DNA of 64,000 bases. Origin: Bacillota bacterium (GTDB lineage: Bacteria > Bacillota_I > Bacilli_A > RFN20 > CAG-826). The stretch spans positions 216,813 to 280,812 of the forward strand of contig JAURFC010000001.1 in assembly GCA_030834445.1 (NCBI GenBank). The letters run 5' to 3'. Shown piece after piece: positions 40,482 to 49,741 of the stretch. The notes under the pieces were generated by a model. That model was given only the letters and a program-made list of their open reading frames with translations. It was not told where the DNA came from and made no database searches. How positions within the stretch are numbered: the first letter of the stretch is position 1; each line of letters opens with the position of its first letter. The position numbers were made by a program, and so were the translations under genes.

Positions 40482-41918
40482 TTAATAAGCACGAGCAAAT
40501 AAAACAACGCGTTGGGCTGGTTCCCCGGTAATGGCGCACGTATTTTTTAGACCTTGTTGATTAAAAGGAATCACTCGCGCCGTTGCTTGGGCTTTTTCTT
40601 TAATGATTTGTTCTACGTCGGGACTGGCGCTGACGGACAAACGCACATACCCCCCTTTATGATTAAGAATATCAATGAGTTCATCAAGTGAATCCGCATC
40701 GGTAATGTGTTGTTCAAGATGGTTTTGTGCTGCCACTAGCATCCGTTGATGCATGACCTTTAATTCTGCTTGAAGGCTTTCAACGACCGTTGCCACCGCA
40801 ACCATTTTCTTTTCTTTTGTATCCCGTAAGGCCAAGACGACCTGACCATTGGCTAAATCACGCGGACCCACTTCAATACGAAGCGGCACACCTTTCATTT
40901 CATATTCAGCAAATTTCCAACCAGGCGATTGGGTAGAACGGTCAAGTTTGACGCGAATACCAAGCTTTTGAATGGATTCAAGCAAGGCCTCTGCGGCCTC
41001 TAAAACCCCTTCTTTCTGCATCATAATAGGAACAATAACAACTTGAATCGGGGCAACAAAAGGGGGTAACACAAGGCCATTGTCATCCCCGTGAACCATA
41101 ATTAAACTACCAATCAGACGCGTAGAAACACCCCAGGATGTTTGATGCGCATATTGAAGAGTATTTTGACGGTCTTGATAACGAATATTAAAGGCTTCGG
41201 CAAACCCTGTTCCAAAATAATGAGTTGTCCCGGATTGAAGTGACTTCCCATCATGCATGAGAGCTTCAATGGCATAGGTTTCTTCAGCTCCCGCAAATTT
41301 TTCTTTTTCTGTTTTTTGACCAGACATAAAGGGGATCGCTAATAAATCGGTGCCTAGTTGTTCATAAATTTTGAGCATCCCTAACGTTTCTACACGTGCT
41401 TCCTCTTCGGTTTCATGAACGGTATGACCTTCTTGCCATAAAAACTCCGCTCCACGTAAGAAAGGTCGTGTTGTTTTTTCCCAACGAACGACAGAACACC
41501 ATTGATTATATTTTTTGGGAAGATCGCGGTAAGAACTAATAATTTTACTGTAATGCTCACAAAATAACACTTCGGATGTCGGACGAATGATAAGAGGATC
41601 TTCAAGTTTTTCCTTACCCCCATACGTTGCCAGTAATACTTCAGGCGCAAAGCCTTCCACGTGCTCTTTTTCTTTGTTAAAAAGCGATTGAGGGATCACC
41701 ACCGGCATGTAAACATTTTCGTGTCCGGTTTCTGCAAAACGTTGATTTAAGTACGCTTGAATACATTCCCAAATCGCATAACCGTAGGGACGATAAATAA
41801 TAAACCCCTTGGTTGAAGAATAATCCATTAACTCCGCTTTACGACAAACGTCGGTGTACCATTGGGCAAAATCGACATCGCGGGCAGTAATCGCATCGTT
41901 TTTAATTTGTTTTTCCAT
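40482..41918 (-). CDS. proS: Proline--tRNA ligase (archaeal/eukaryote-like type)
   Basis: DFAQWY, RPTSE, VRWE..RPFLR..EFLWQEGHT, SWGVSTR, C-terminal ARAY. Confidence 0.97.
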   Translation of the reverse strand: MEKQIKNDAITARDVDFAQWYTDVCRKAELMDYSSTKGFIIYRPYGYAIWECIQAYLNQRFAETGHENVYMPVVIPQSLFNKEKEHVEGFAPEVLLATYGGKEKLEDPLIIRPTSEVLFCEHYSKIISSYRDLPKKYNQWCSVVRWEKTTRPFLRGAEFLWQEGHTVHETEEEARVETLGMLKIYEQLGTDLLAIPFMSGQKTEKEKFAGAEETYAIEALMHDGKSLQSGTTHYFGTGFAEAFNIRYQDRQNTLQYAHQTSWGVSTRLIGSLIMVHGDDNGLVLPPFVAPIQVVIVPIMMQKEGVLEAAEALLESIQKLGIRVKLDRSTQSPGWKFAEYEMKGVPLRIEVGPRDLANGQVVLALRDTKEKKMVAVATVVESLQAELKVMHQRMLVAAQNHLEQHITDADSLDELIDILNHKGGYVRLSVSASPDVEQIIKEKAQATARVIPFNQQGLKNTCAITGEPAQRVVLFARAY

Positions 41919-43623
41919 AAATTTTCTCCTGTTTGATCATCCGTTGTTGTAAGCGATTGAGCATGGGAAGCGTCGGTTGACTCGGTTCGGTTTGCCACGG
42001 ATGTATAAAATCAGCACTCAAGATTTTAACACGATTTACGGGAAGTAAATCGAGTGCCCCTTCCGAATGCACATCAAAGATCATAAAGGGTTTGTTATAG
42101 ACCGCGAATTCATCAAGAATACGTTTAAATTGAAGTAACGCTTTTTCATCCGATTCTAAGTATCGGACCCGGCGTGCATCAAGGACAAAAAACTGGCATT
42201 GACTATAAATCGAGGAATCTAAATCACGATTGGTGTCATTTAAAACTAAACCAACGTCTATTTTTTGACGGTGAAAAAGAGAGAATATCGGGGTAATTTC
42301 TGCCGAAGGTAAATCCGTTTCCAAGATTTCTTCTTCATCAAATACAAATTGATGACGATACGGTGTGGATAACACATCATATTCCTTCATCAATGAATCA
42401 AGGGGCATTTGAATCGATAAGGGAATCAACAGTTGTTCTTTGGTTTGAGCGTGAACATCTTGAATCTTTCGAATGTATTGTTCATAAAAACCACGAGCAT
42501 CATTCGTATTCGAGGCCGCTTGAAGAATTTCTAAGGTGGAAAGGATGAGTTCTTGCTTCGGTTGAATTTGGACAAGTTGACCGACCGGTGTCATTGTCGA
42601 AAATTGCAAGGTAGGACGAAAGCCAAGTTGAAAATTAAACTTCGCAAATAAATCACGTTGGTTATGTTCACTAACTTGATCTTGGGTGGAACTCATCGGT
42701 TGCACCGGATCATACACTAAAAAATTCATGCTTTTTGAAAACATAAATGCATTCATTTCCCGCGCTTTCAAGATGAGTGCTTTCAAATCATTCGGAAAAT
42801 ATTGGTGTTCAACAATCGATACCGTAAATTTAACGAGCGATTCAAGGGAATTAATTTCTAAGTATTGAGCAATCATCCGAATAAACGTTTGGGCAATAGA
42901 AATATACCCTTGCCGTTCTAGACGTTTGGTCGACAAAATATAAATATCATTGAGCGTATCAATAATTTGTAATTGATTGGATAAATAAGGAATTAATCGT
43001 TCTTTAAATTGGGATAAATAAAACGTTTTAAATTGATCATCCAGCGAAGAACGACCAAAGTTGAACGAAATATAGAAAAACGCTCCTTCTTTTTTGCCTA
43101 GTTTTTTAGTAATACGGATGGCTTCTTCCGTGGTTAAAACACGACGCGTCATTCGATTTTGTTTAGGGTTGGGTTTGAGATAGCGTAAAACATACCGATT
43201 TAAATTAATAATTTCTTTATTTGCATCGACAAAATTCACTTCAAAAATAACTTGTTGTTGTTGGCGTTTATCCTTAATGAGATGGGTCTGAAACGTCCAA
43301 GGAACATCGTTTTGTTGTTTTAATAGACGCGTTAACCATAAGGTCAATTCATCACGTTGTTCCGGACGATAGAAACGCATAAAATCATCCATTAAATACG
43401 TTTTTACATGACGGCGTTTTCGCATGTCGTATTCTTCAACTTTTCCCAATTTAAGATCAAGACGATAAACAAATCCATAATTTAAACGTTGTTGGATGGC
43501 CGTAAAATGGTCCTTGGCGTCTTGCTGAAAAACAATCAGAAAAAGAATCACCGCGGACGTGATAACACCCATAATCCCTAAGGTAATCCAAAGGAAACTG
43601 AGTTCAACAACTTGAATATTCAT
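41902..43623 (-). CDS. Membrane-anchored protein with degenerate GGDEF/EAL-like architecture
   Basis: N-terminal TM; ALILKA helix and FLVYD-type linker followed by EAL-barrel-like pattern (FRP, DV.SE, SADFI), no catalytic motifs. Confidence 0.55.
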   Translation of the reverse strand: MNIQVVELSFLWITLGIMGVITSAVILFLIVFQQDAKDHFTAIQQRLNYGFVYRLDLKLGKVEEYDMRKRRHVKTYLMDDFMRFYRPEQRDELTLWLTRLLKQQNDVPWTFQTHLIKDKRQQQQVIFEVNFVDANKEIINLNRYVLRYLKPNPKQNRMTRRVLTTEEAIRITKKLGKKEGAFFYISFNFGRSSLDDQFKTFYLSQFKERLIPYLSNQLQIIDTLNDIYILSTKRLERQGYISIAQTFIRMIAQYLEINSLESLVKFTVSIVEHQYFPNDLKALILKAREMNAFMFSKSMNFLVYDPVQPMSSTQDQVSEHNQRDLFAKFNFQLGFRPTLQFSTMTPVGQLVQIQPKQELILSTLEILQAASNTNDARGFYEQYIRKIQDVHAQTKEQLLIPLSIQMPLDSLMKEYDVLSTPYRHQFVFDEEEILETDLPSAEITPIFSLFHRQKIDVGLVLNDTNRDLDSSIYSQCQFFVLDARRVRYLESDEKALLQFKRILDEFAVYNKPFMIFDVHSEGALDLLPVNRVKILSADFIHPWQTEPSQPTLPMLNRLQQRMIKQEKIYGKTN

Positions 43624-43744
43624 CGTGGTTTTCTCTAGGTAAATTATAGGGTTTTAGTGTGGAAATAACAACCGAACATTGTCGATACAGTTTTGTTCTT
43701 TCTCACCTAATCCTAGGATTTTTTTATGCTATAATTCCGATGAC

Positions 43745-43835
43745 GGAGAAATACCCAAGTGGCTGAAGGGGTCAGTTTCGAAAACTGATAGGAGGCGCAA
43801 GTCTCGCGAGGGTTCAAATCCCTCTTTCTCCGCCA
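43745..43835 (+). tRNA. tRNA-Ser(CGA)
   Basis: GGAGAAA acceptor stem, TCAGT-TTCGAAA-ACTGA, long variable arm, GCCA; TGCTATAAT promoter upstream. Confidence 0.96.
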
Positions 43836-43847
43836 TCATCAACAACG

Positions 43848-44885
43848 ATGAAAAAATCAACCTCAAAACGCGTTAAGTCGACGTTACTTGTTCTGCTTTT
43901 CTCCTATGCAACCATTCTTGTTTTCCCACGGCCTCAAAATTTTTCATTTGAAAATCCGCTACGCATTCAAGCTGGTGAACTTCCCCTCGCGATTGCTCAC
44001 GGAGGAGGAAATTTAGAGTTCCCAGACAATACCTTAGAAGCGTATTATCATGCGTATTCTATCAATCCCCAAGTAATGTTAGAAACCGATGTCAACTTAA
44101 CCCAAGATGGGGTTGTCATTTTATCGCATGATCGAACCCTTGACCGTAAAACCAACTTAACGAATGCGGTTATTGCCGACATTAATTACAGTGATTTGAT
44201 GGCCAATGAAGTTGATTTTGGTTATGCAAATCCCACCGATGGACCGAATGGTTTTAATGTCACCGAAACGTTCAATAAATATAAAAACGTGGAGGGGCAG
44301 GAAGTCACTCCTCTCGATGTGGTTTATCCAGAAGGAATCTCAGCACGCCATCCGACAAAGTTTCTTGCCACCACCTTAGAACAACTCATCACCTTATTCC
44401 CGAATAATCTTATTAATGTTGAGATCAAGCAAACGGATGTTTTAGGCTTGGCAGCCTTGGATGCTGTTATCGCCTTAATGGACGTTTATGCAGATACCCA
44501 CCGAACGTATCAACGCATTGTCTTGGCAAGTTTTCATGAAAATGTGTATCAAGCTTTACAAGATTATCAACGAACGACTCACCCTCAGCTCATGTTTTCT
44601 CCTGAATTTAATGGGGTTCTTTCTTTTTACATTATGCAGTTAACAGGAACCTCTGTTTTTTATGATCATCGTGTCGCCGTCTTGCAATTACCTACAGAAC
44701 AATTAGGGCTTTCATTAACAACTTCTTCGTTAATTCAAACTGCTCACAAACACAATATCGCTGTCCATTATTGGACCATTAACGATGAAGGAACAATGAT
44801 TGAACTGATTGAAAAAGGCGTCGATGGCATTATGACCGACCGACCCACGTTACTACAAAACGTTTTAGATCGTTATTCTATTTAA
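43848..44885 (+). CDS. Glycerophosphodiester phosphodiesterase, N-terminally anchored
   Basis: IAHGGG..PDNT, LETDV..TQDG..ILSHD, NVEIK, HYWTIND, GIMTDRP. Confidence 0.9.
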   Translation: MKKSTSKRVKSTLLVLLFSYATILVFPRPQNFSFENPLRIQAGELPLAIAHGGGNLEFPDNTLEAYYHAYSINPQVMLETDVNLTQDGVVILSHDRTLDRKTNLTNAVIADINYSDLMANEVDFGYANPTDGPNGFNVTETFNKYKNVEGQEVTPLDVVYPEGISARHPTKFLATTLEQLITLFPNNLINVEIKQTDVLGLAALDAVIALMDVYADTHRTYQRIVLASFHENVYQALQDYQRTTHPQLMFSPEFNGVLSFYIMQLTGTSVFYDHRVAVLQLPTEQLGLSLTTSSLIQTAHKHNIAVHYWTINDEGTMIELIEKGVDGIMTDRPTLLQNVLDRYSI

Positions 44886-45861
44886 TAGGACGAATAAAAA
44901 ACCGACCATACACTTGGTGAGCATACGACTCATCAATGAATGATTCAGGATCAACCGCCCGAACAAGTTTTATCACATCTTGGGCTTCCGTACTTGAAAC
45001 CACCATATAAATCACATATTTATCTAAATTGGTGAAACCGCCCTTGGCTTTGACAACCGTGCAACCGTGATGAAATTTTTGCATGATGACTTTGGGCATA
45101 CTTTCCACACTTGTGACAATTTGTAGACTCGTTTTCTTATTACGAACATTGATTGTATCCACGACTTTCGATGAGGTGAAAAAATAGATTAATGAAAAAA
45201 TAATCGAGTTTAATGCCCCATCGGTGGATTCGGTGGTAATGAGGTAAATGGTCGTAAACATGAATAAAATGATGGTATTAAAAAGGATGGCAAATTTTCC
45301 TACTGAAGTGGATTTTACATTCGCAAAATAATACGTGACAACATCGAGTCCACCACTTGAAATTTCCATGACATAGGCGATTGAACTTGCAAGACCTTGA
45401 AGCAATCCGGCAATAATCGCGCGTGACAACAAATCTTCGGTAATATTGACAAGTAAGGTCACATCGTTAGGAATAATTTCAATAAAAAAGGAGGTTAGAA
45501 TGACATTGATCATCGAAAAGGTTGCGAAGCGTTTACCAATTTTTGTATAGCCTAAGATAAAAATAGGGATATTTAATACAAAGTAAAACACGGCTTGTAA
45601 CGTGCGATTATCAATCGCATCGAGAAAATGAATTAAGTCAAAAAAGCGATTTAAGGTTTGCGAAACGCCGGAAACGCCTCCGGTAATTAAGGGAACCGCA
45701 TTAACGTCACTGGAAGGAACGATAAAGGACCGAAAAGTATAGGCTGCTAATAACGAGGAGACAACCGTCCCCAAAAAGATCAATGTGTTTTCTAAAATTG
45801 TCTTTAATTTTGGGTGAATTTCTAACCAATGCGTCACACGTTGCCAAAGTTTGGAATCCAT
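44878..45861 (-). CDS. YitT family membrane protein
   Basis: TGGVSG, LNIPIF, SSGGLD, GCT...GGFT, DPESFI; start reassigned to MDSKLW. Confidence 0.85.
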   Translation of the reverse strand: MDSKLWQRVTHWLEIHPKLKTILENTLIFLGTVVSSLLAAYTFRSFIVPSSDVNAVPLITGGVSGVSQTLNRFFDLIHFLDAIDNRTLQAVFYFVLNIPIFILGYTKIGKRFATFSMINVILTSFFIEIIPNDVTLLVNITEDLLSRAIIAGLLQGLASSIAYVMEISSGGLDVVTYYFANVKSTSVGKFAILFNTIILFMFTTIYLITTESTDGALNSIIFSLIYFFTSSKVVDTINVRNKKTSLQIVTSVESMPKVIMQKFHHGCTVVKAKGGFTNLDKYVIYMVVSSTEAQDVIKLVRAVDPESFIDESYAHQVYGRFFIRPIK

Positions 45862-45935
45862 ATATAAACCTACTTTTTCTTGGACATTTCTGCCAAAAAG
45901 ATTATATACTAAATATTGTGTCTTGATTAAAGTAT

Positions 45936-45972
45936 TATTCTTATTGAAGAATACGTGTTCCTTTGATAAGAT
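45936..45972 (+). promoter_or_regulatory. Sigma-A promoter overlapped by an inverted repeat
   Basis: TTGAAG-17-TAAGAT; TATTCTT-N4-AAGAATA covers the -35. Confidence 0.45.
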
Positions 45973-46007
45973 TAACGTGCTCAATCTAAACCTGTGGAGG
46001 CTTATAC

Positions 46008-46799
46008 ATGAAAGTAATTGGTCAATTTTTTGCAAAAATATTCGGTGGTCTCTGGAACTGGATTAAAGAAACCGCGTGGGTTCAACCGTTACTCATCGTG
46101 GGGATGATTTTTGCTGTTATCTTTTCCATTCCCACCATTTCTGAATGGGTTCAAAATGTGGCAGAAAGCATTAATTCTGCGGAAACCTACTATCGTAATT
46201 ATCAAATGAACTTAGAGGGTGAAGAAGATTCTGAAGCGCAACAACTTATTAATGCGATGATGGAAGAATCCGATGAATATGGTGAAAAATTCATGCTCGT
46301 TTTTGTCCAAGTTAACTGCCAATTCTGTAAAGATGTTCAACCAGCTTTTAAATTATTAGCCGAAGATACCGATCGTTTCTACGGAACAAAACGTGTGGGT
46401 GGTGAAATTACACCCGTCACCAAAGACGAATTCGGAACGTTTAAAATTTACACCATTTTCATAGATGAAGAATACTCTTACACTGAAGATGAATCCACAA
46501 CACCCTTTGAACGTTTCTTACAACGTAATGATGCCTTCTTAGAACGCACCGCGGAAGTCGCTCGTAACTCATGGTACACAATTAATGGTTACTTAGATGA
46601 ATCGCGTATCGACACCTTAGAAGCTGGTGAATCTAACGCAGTTCCTACTCCCACCGTTATCATGTATGATCTATCGAACAATTCCCCAGAAGTCGGGATT
46701 TCTGAACTCATGATTTCTGTCTCTGGATCGACCTCCTATGACCGCGCCACGTTACTCTCCAATGCATGGATGCACCGTGTTGAATTTGCCTTACAATAA
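46008..46799 (+). CDS. Membrane-anchored thioredoxin-like protein
   Basis: N-terminal TM, FVQVNCQFCK (CxxC), VPTPT cis-Pro-like motif; GGAGG RBS. Confidence 0.65.
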   Translation: MKVIGQFFAKIFGGLWNWIKETAWVQPLLIVGMIFAVIFSIPTISEWVQNVAESINSAETYYRNYQMNLEGEEDSEAQQLINAMMEESDEYGEKFMLVFVQVNCQFCKDVQPAFKLLAEDTDRFYGTKRVGGEITPVTKDEFGTFKIYTIFIDEEYSYTEDESTTPFERFLQRNDAFLERTAEVARNSWYTINGYLDESRIDTLEAGESNAVPTPTVIMYDLSNNSPEVGISELMISVSGSTSYDRATLLSNAWMHRVEFALQ

Positions 46800-46821
46800 C
46801 CGCTTTCATAGATTAATTCTG

Positions 46822-46851
46822 AAAACCACCTTGAAGCCAAGGTGGTTTTTT
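46822..46851 (+). terminator. Intrinsic terminator, overlapping the promoter of the next gene
   Basis: AAAACCACCTTG-AAGC-CAAGGTGGTTTTTT. Confidence 0.8.
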
Positions 46852-46864
46852 GTATAATAAGGGC

Positions 46865-47641
46865 ATGTTACGTTCTTTGGTTCATATTGGTATCGACAAT
46901 GATCGTGTTTTTGCTGCGGTCACAAAACGCAAAGGCGGCTTTTCACTCCCCCCGTTTGATGGGCTTAATTTAGGCTTTCAAACCGGTGATAACCAAGAAA
47001 CTGTTCGCCAAAATCGTCAGGCTTTGATAAACGCATTGCCGACCACCTTAGCCCCAATGATTTATACCTATCAATCCCACTCAACAGTCCTTCAAAAGGT
47101 TTTAAAAAAAGATGTTGGACGAGGTGGTGATTCCTTTGAATCCGGCATTCCTGCGGATGCCCTTTATACAACCGAACGATTCCTACCGATGGGCATTTTT
47201 CATGCAGATTGTGTCCCCGTTTTTTTAGTCCACCTTCATCAACCATTAATTGCCATTATTCATGCAGGAACCCCAGGCTCCTTAGCTCAAATCACTTTGA
47301 AATCGATTCAAACGATTTGTCAAAATGAAAAGGTTGAGGCAAAAGACTTTTCCGCCTATCTTGGACCATCTCTTGATTTTGCTCATCATCCGATTTCGGT
47401 TGAACGTGTTGATGAAATTCTTGGGATGAATCGAAGTTTTGCACCTGCCATTAAATTAATCTCGGGGCAATTTTATTTAGATGTGCCGTTATTAAATTAT
47501 ATGCAACTCATCGAAGCAGGACTTCATCCGAACGCGATTCGGGTGAGTTCGGTAGATACTTATTCCAATGCGAAAGAATATTTTTCTGCATCTCGCGATG
47601 AAAAAACAGGACGTCATCTTTCGTTCATTTATTTGAAGTAG
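46865..47641 (+). CDS. pgeF: PgeF/YfiH (laccase-domain, purine nucleoside phosphorylase-like) family protein
   Basis: LNLG, QSH, ADAL.T, HADCVP, IHAG, LGPS, YFSAS R..TGR. Confidence 0.8.
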   Translation: MLRSLVHIGIDNDRVFAAVTKRKGGFSLPPFDGLNLGFQTGDNQETVRQNRQALINALPTTLAPMIYTYQSHSTVLQKVLKKDVGRGGDSFESGIPADALYTTERFLPMGIFHADCVPVFLVHLHQPLIAIIHAGTPGSLAQITLKSIQTICQNEKVEAKDFSAYLGPSLDFAHHPISVERVDEILGMNRSFAPAIKLISGQFYLDVPLLNYMQLIEAGLHPNAIRVSSVDTYSNAKEYFSASRDEKTGRHLSFIYLK

Positions 47642-48134
47642 TTTTTACTTTTTTTAAATACGTTAAAACAAGTTGTGGTACAAGGGTTGATACATCAACG
47701 CCTTGTTTTGCTAATTGTTTAATCATGCTTGAAGAAATAAAATCAAGTTGATGATTCGCCATAAAAAAAACCATTTCAATGCTTGGATCGATAAATTGAT
47801 TTCCAGCAAAAATCTCATGCTCATAATTAAAATCTGGAACGGCTCGTAAACCACGGACGATTGCGATAGCGTGATGCGATTTGGCATATTCCACGGTTAA
47901 TCCTGTCGACGCATCGACACGCACACGGGATGGATCAAGCTGTTTTGCAACATCATTCAACATCGCCATCCGTTCATTTGTCGAAAAGGTTGCTACTTTT
48001 TGTGGATTGACGGCAAGCAGTAAAATGACTTCATCAAAAAGTTTCAAGGAACGTTTTAAAATATCGATATGCCCGTTCGTGATGGGATCGAAAGTTCCTG
48101 GATAAATAGCAATTTTTTTGTGTGTTATTTCCAT
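47625..48134 (-). CDS. coaD: Phosphopantetheine adenylyltransferase
   Basis: IYPGTFDPITNGH, VRGLR..DF.YE, ISSS. Confidence 0.96.
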   Translation of the reverse strand: MEITHKKIAIYPGTFDPITNGHIDILKRSLKLFDEVILLLAVNPQKVATFSTNERMAMLNDVAKQLDPSRVRVDASTGLTVEYAKSHHAIAIVRGLRAVPDFNYEHEIFAGNQFIDPSIEMVFFMANHQLDFISSSMIKQLAKQGVDVSTLVPQLVLTYLKKVKTTSNK

Positions 48135-48673
48135 AAGATTGCGACGTGAGTCATCCCATATTCATAGTGCTTTAGGCGTTGATAGTCAACGGTGTTTAAC
48201 CATGTTATTGGGACACTATCCTCAACGATAAGTATACCATTTTCTTTTAATAACCCGAGGGAGACAATATTTTGGTAAGCGGATTCAGAAAGTCCCTTGG
48301 CATACGGAGGATCTAGAAAGATGAAATCAAACGTCCGTTTTTCTTGGGATAATTTTTCAAGGCATCGAGAATACGCTAAATTTAAAAGGGTCGTTTGTAC
48401 TTCTACCTTTAGTGCCTTAACATTTGCTTCTAACACCTGAAAGGCGGCTTTAAGTCGGTCATTAAAAACCATCGATGCACATCCCCGTGAAAGGGCTTCA
48501 AACCCTAACGATCCTGAACCGGCGAATAAATCTAACCCGTCTTTATCGACAATCCCCAAACCAAGGGAAGAAAAAATTGCTTCCTTGACACGATCCTTGG
48601 TTGGTTGTGTTTCCGGAGAATCAGGGGTTTGTAATAATCGCGAACGAAAACGTCCTGCAATAATACGTAACAT
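48125..48673 (-). CDS. rsmD: 16S rRNA (guanine966-N2)-methyltransferase
   Basis: LRIIAG, PT.DRVKEAIF, DLFAGSGSLG.EALSRG, FLDPPY. Confidence 0.95.
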   Translation of the reverse strand: MLRIIAGRFRSRLLQTPDSPETQPTKDRVKEAIFSSLGLGIVDKDGLDLFAGSGSLGFEALSRGCASMVFNDRLKAAFQVLEANVKALKVEVQTTLLNLAYSRCLEKLSQEKRTFDFIFLDPPYAKGLSESAYQNIVSLGLLKENGILIVEDSVPITWLNTVDYQRLKHYEYGMTHVAILWK

Positions 48674-48676
48674 GGT

Positions 48677-49039
48677 TTAAAGACACCCTTTGATGGGCGT
48701 ATGAAAAGGATCAAAGACTTCGGTTTGAATGGACCGGTAAAGCGTACGAACTTGTCCATATGCTTTCAAATAATCGCGGACGAGGGGATGGGCATCAATC
48801 ATAATTTTTTGTTGATGAAGTTGTTTTTGAACCTCAATGAGTTGAGGATGATCATCCCCATAAAGTTCCCATAAACGCGTATAATCCTCTTGAAGAGCAT
48901 GAAAACGATCGGTCATCGTAAGCAAGGATTGATGCGCATTAAGTTGTTGATTTAGTTCTTCTAAATAGACAACCACAGGTTCTTGTTCGAGGGTGTCTTT
49001 GAGGTCGTAAGCCAGGCTAATAATTTCTTGAAAACTCAT
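48677..49039 (-). CDS. YlbF/YmcA family regulator
   Basis: Helical protein with HPLVRDYL motif, upstream of rsmD-coaD as in other Bacilli. Confidence 0.7.
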   Translation of the reverse strand: MSFQEIISLAYDLKDTLEQEPVVVYLEELNQQLNAHQSLLTMTDRFHALQEDYTRLWELYGDDHPQLIEVQKQLHQQKIMIDAHPLVRDYLKAYGQVRTLYRSIQTEVFDPFHTPIKGCL

Positions 49040-49101
49040 TCTAGCAATACTTTACCATACTCGCTTTTAAGCAAGTGAAAAAAATATGATAAGATAACGA
49101 C

Positions 49102-49644
49102 ATGAAAGTCAAACTCATCTTTGATCCTCATCCCGTTTTGCGGCAGCGCGCTGCGGTTGTTCCTTTACCGTTATCCAAAGAAGATGAAACGATTTTACTT
49201 GCGTTAATGAAGTATGTTAAACAATCTCAAAATAAAGAGTATGCTGAAAAACATCATATTCGAGAAGGCATCGGTCTTGCGGCTCCTCAAGTCGGTATTT
49301 CCAAGCGGATGACAGCGATTTCTTTTCCGTTTGAAGATCGTTTAGTAGAGTATGCCCTTGTTAATCCTGTCATCCTTTCCTCTTCTGTTAAAAAAGTAGC
49401 CCTTCATTCGGGTGAGGGATGTCTTTCGGTGAATGAAGATCATCCTGGTTACGTGTATCGTTCCAACAAAATCATTGTGAAAGCGTTTGATTATTTACAA
49501 CAAAAAGAAATCCAAATTACGGCCTATGGTTTTGAAGCGATTGTTCTGCAACACGAAATTGATCATTTAAATGGAGTTCTTTTTTATGATTACATTGCCA
49601 AAGATGACCCTTTTAAAGAACTAACGAACGCCGAAATCATTTAA
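49102..49644 (+). CDS. def: Peptide deformylase
   Basis: GIGLAAPQ, EGCLSV, QHEIDHLNG. Confidence 0.96.
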   Translation: MKVKLIFDPHPVLRQRAAVVPLPLSKEDETILLALMKYVKQSQNKEYAEKHHIREGIGLAAPQVGISKRMTAISFPFEDRLVEYALVNPVILSSSVKKVALHSGEGCLSVNEDHPGYVYRSNKIIVKAFDYLQQKEIQITAYGFEAIVLQHEIDHLNGVLFYDYIAKDDPFKELTNAEII

Positions 49645-49648
49645 TTTC

Positions 49649-49677
49649 TTTACAAATTCACTTTATCCACGTATACT
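49649..49677 (+). promoter_or_regulatory. Sigma-A promoter of rnj
   Basis: TTTACA-17-TATACT. Confidence 0.6.
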
Positions 49678-49741
49678 TGAGACGAATTTGATGTTGCATA
49701 GCATGATCATGTCAATTTAAATAAAAAGGAGACGATTTTTA

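Noticed and set aside
43679-43876. 65-aa ORF
   Set aside because: It is a translation of the tRNA-Ser(CGA) gene and its promoter
49663-49671. DnaA-box-like TTATCCACG in the rnj promoter spacer
   Set aside because: A single mismatched box with no cluster; expected by chance
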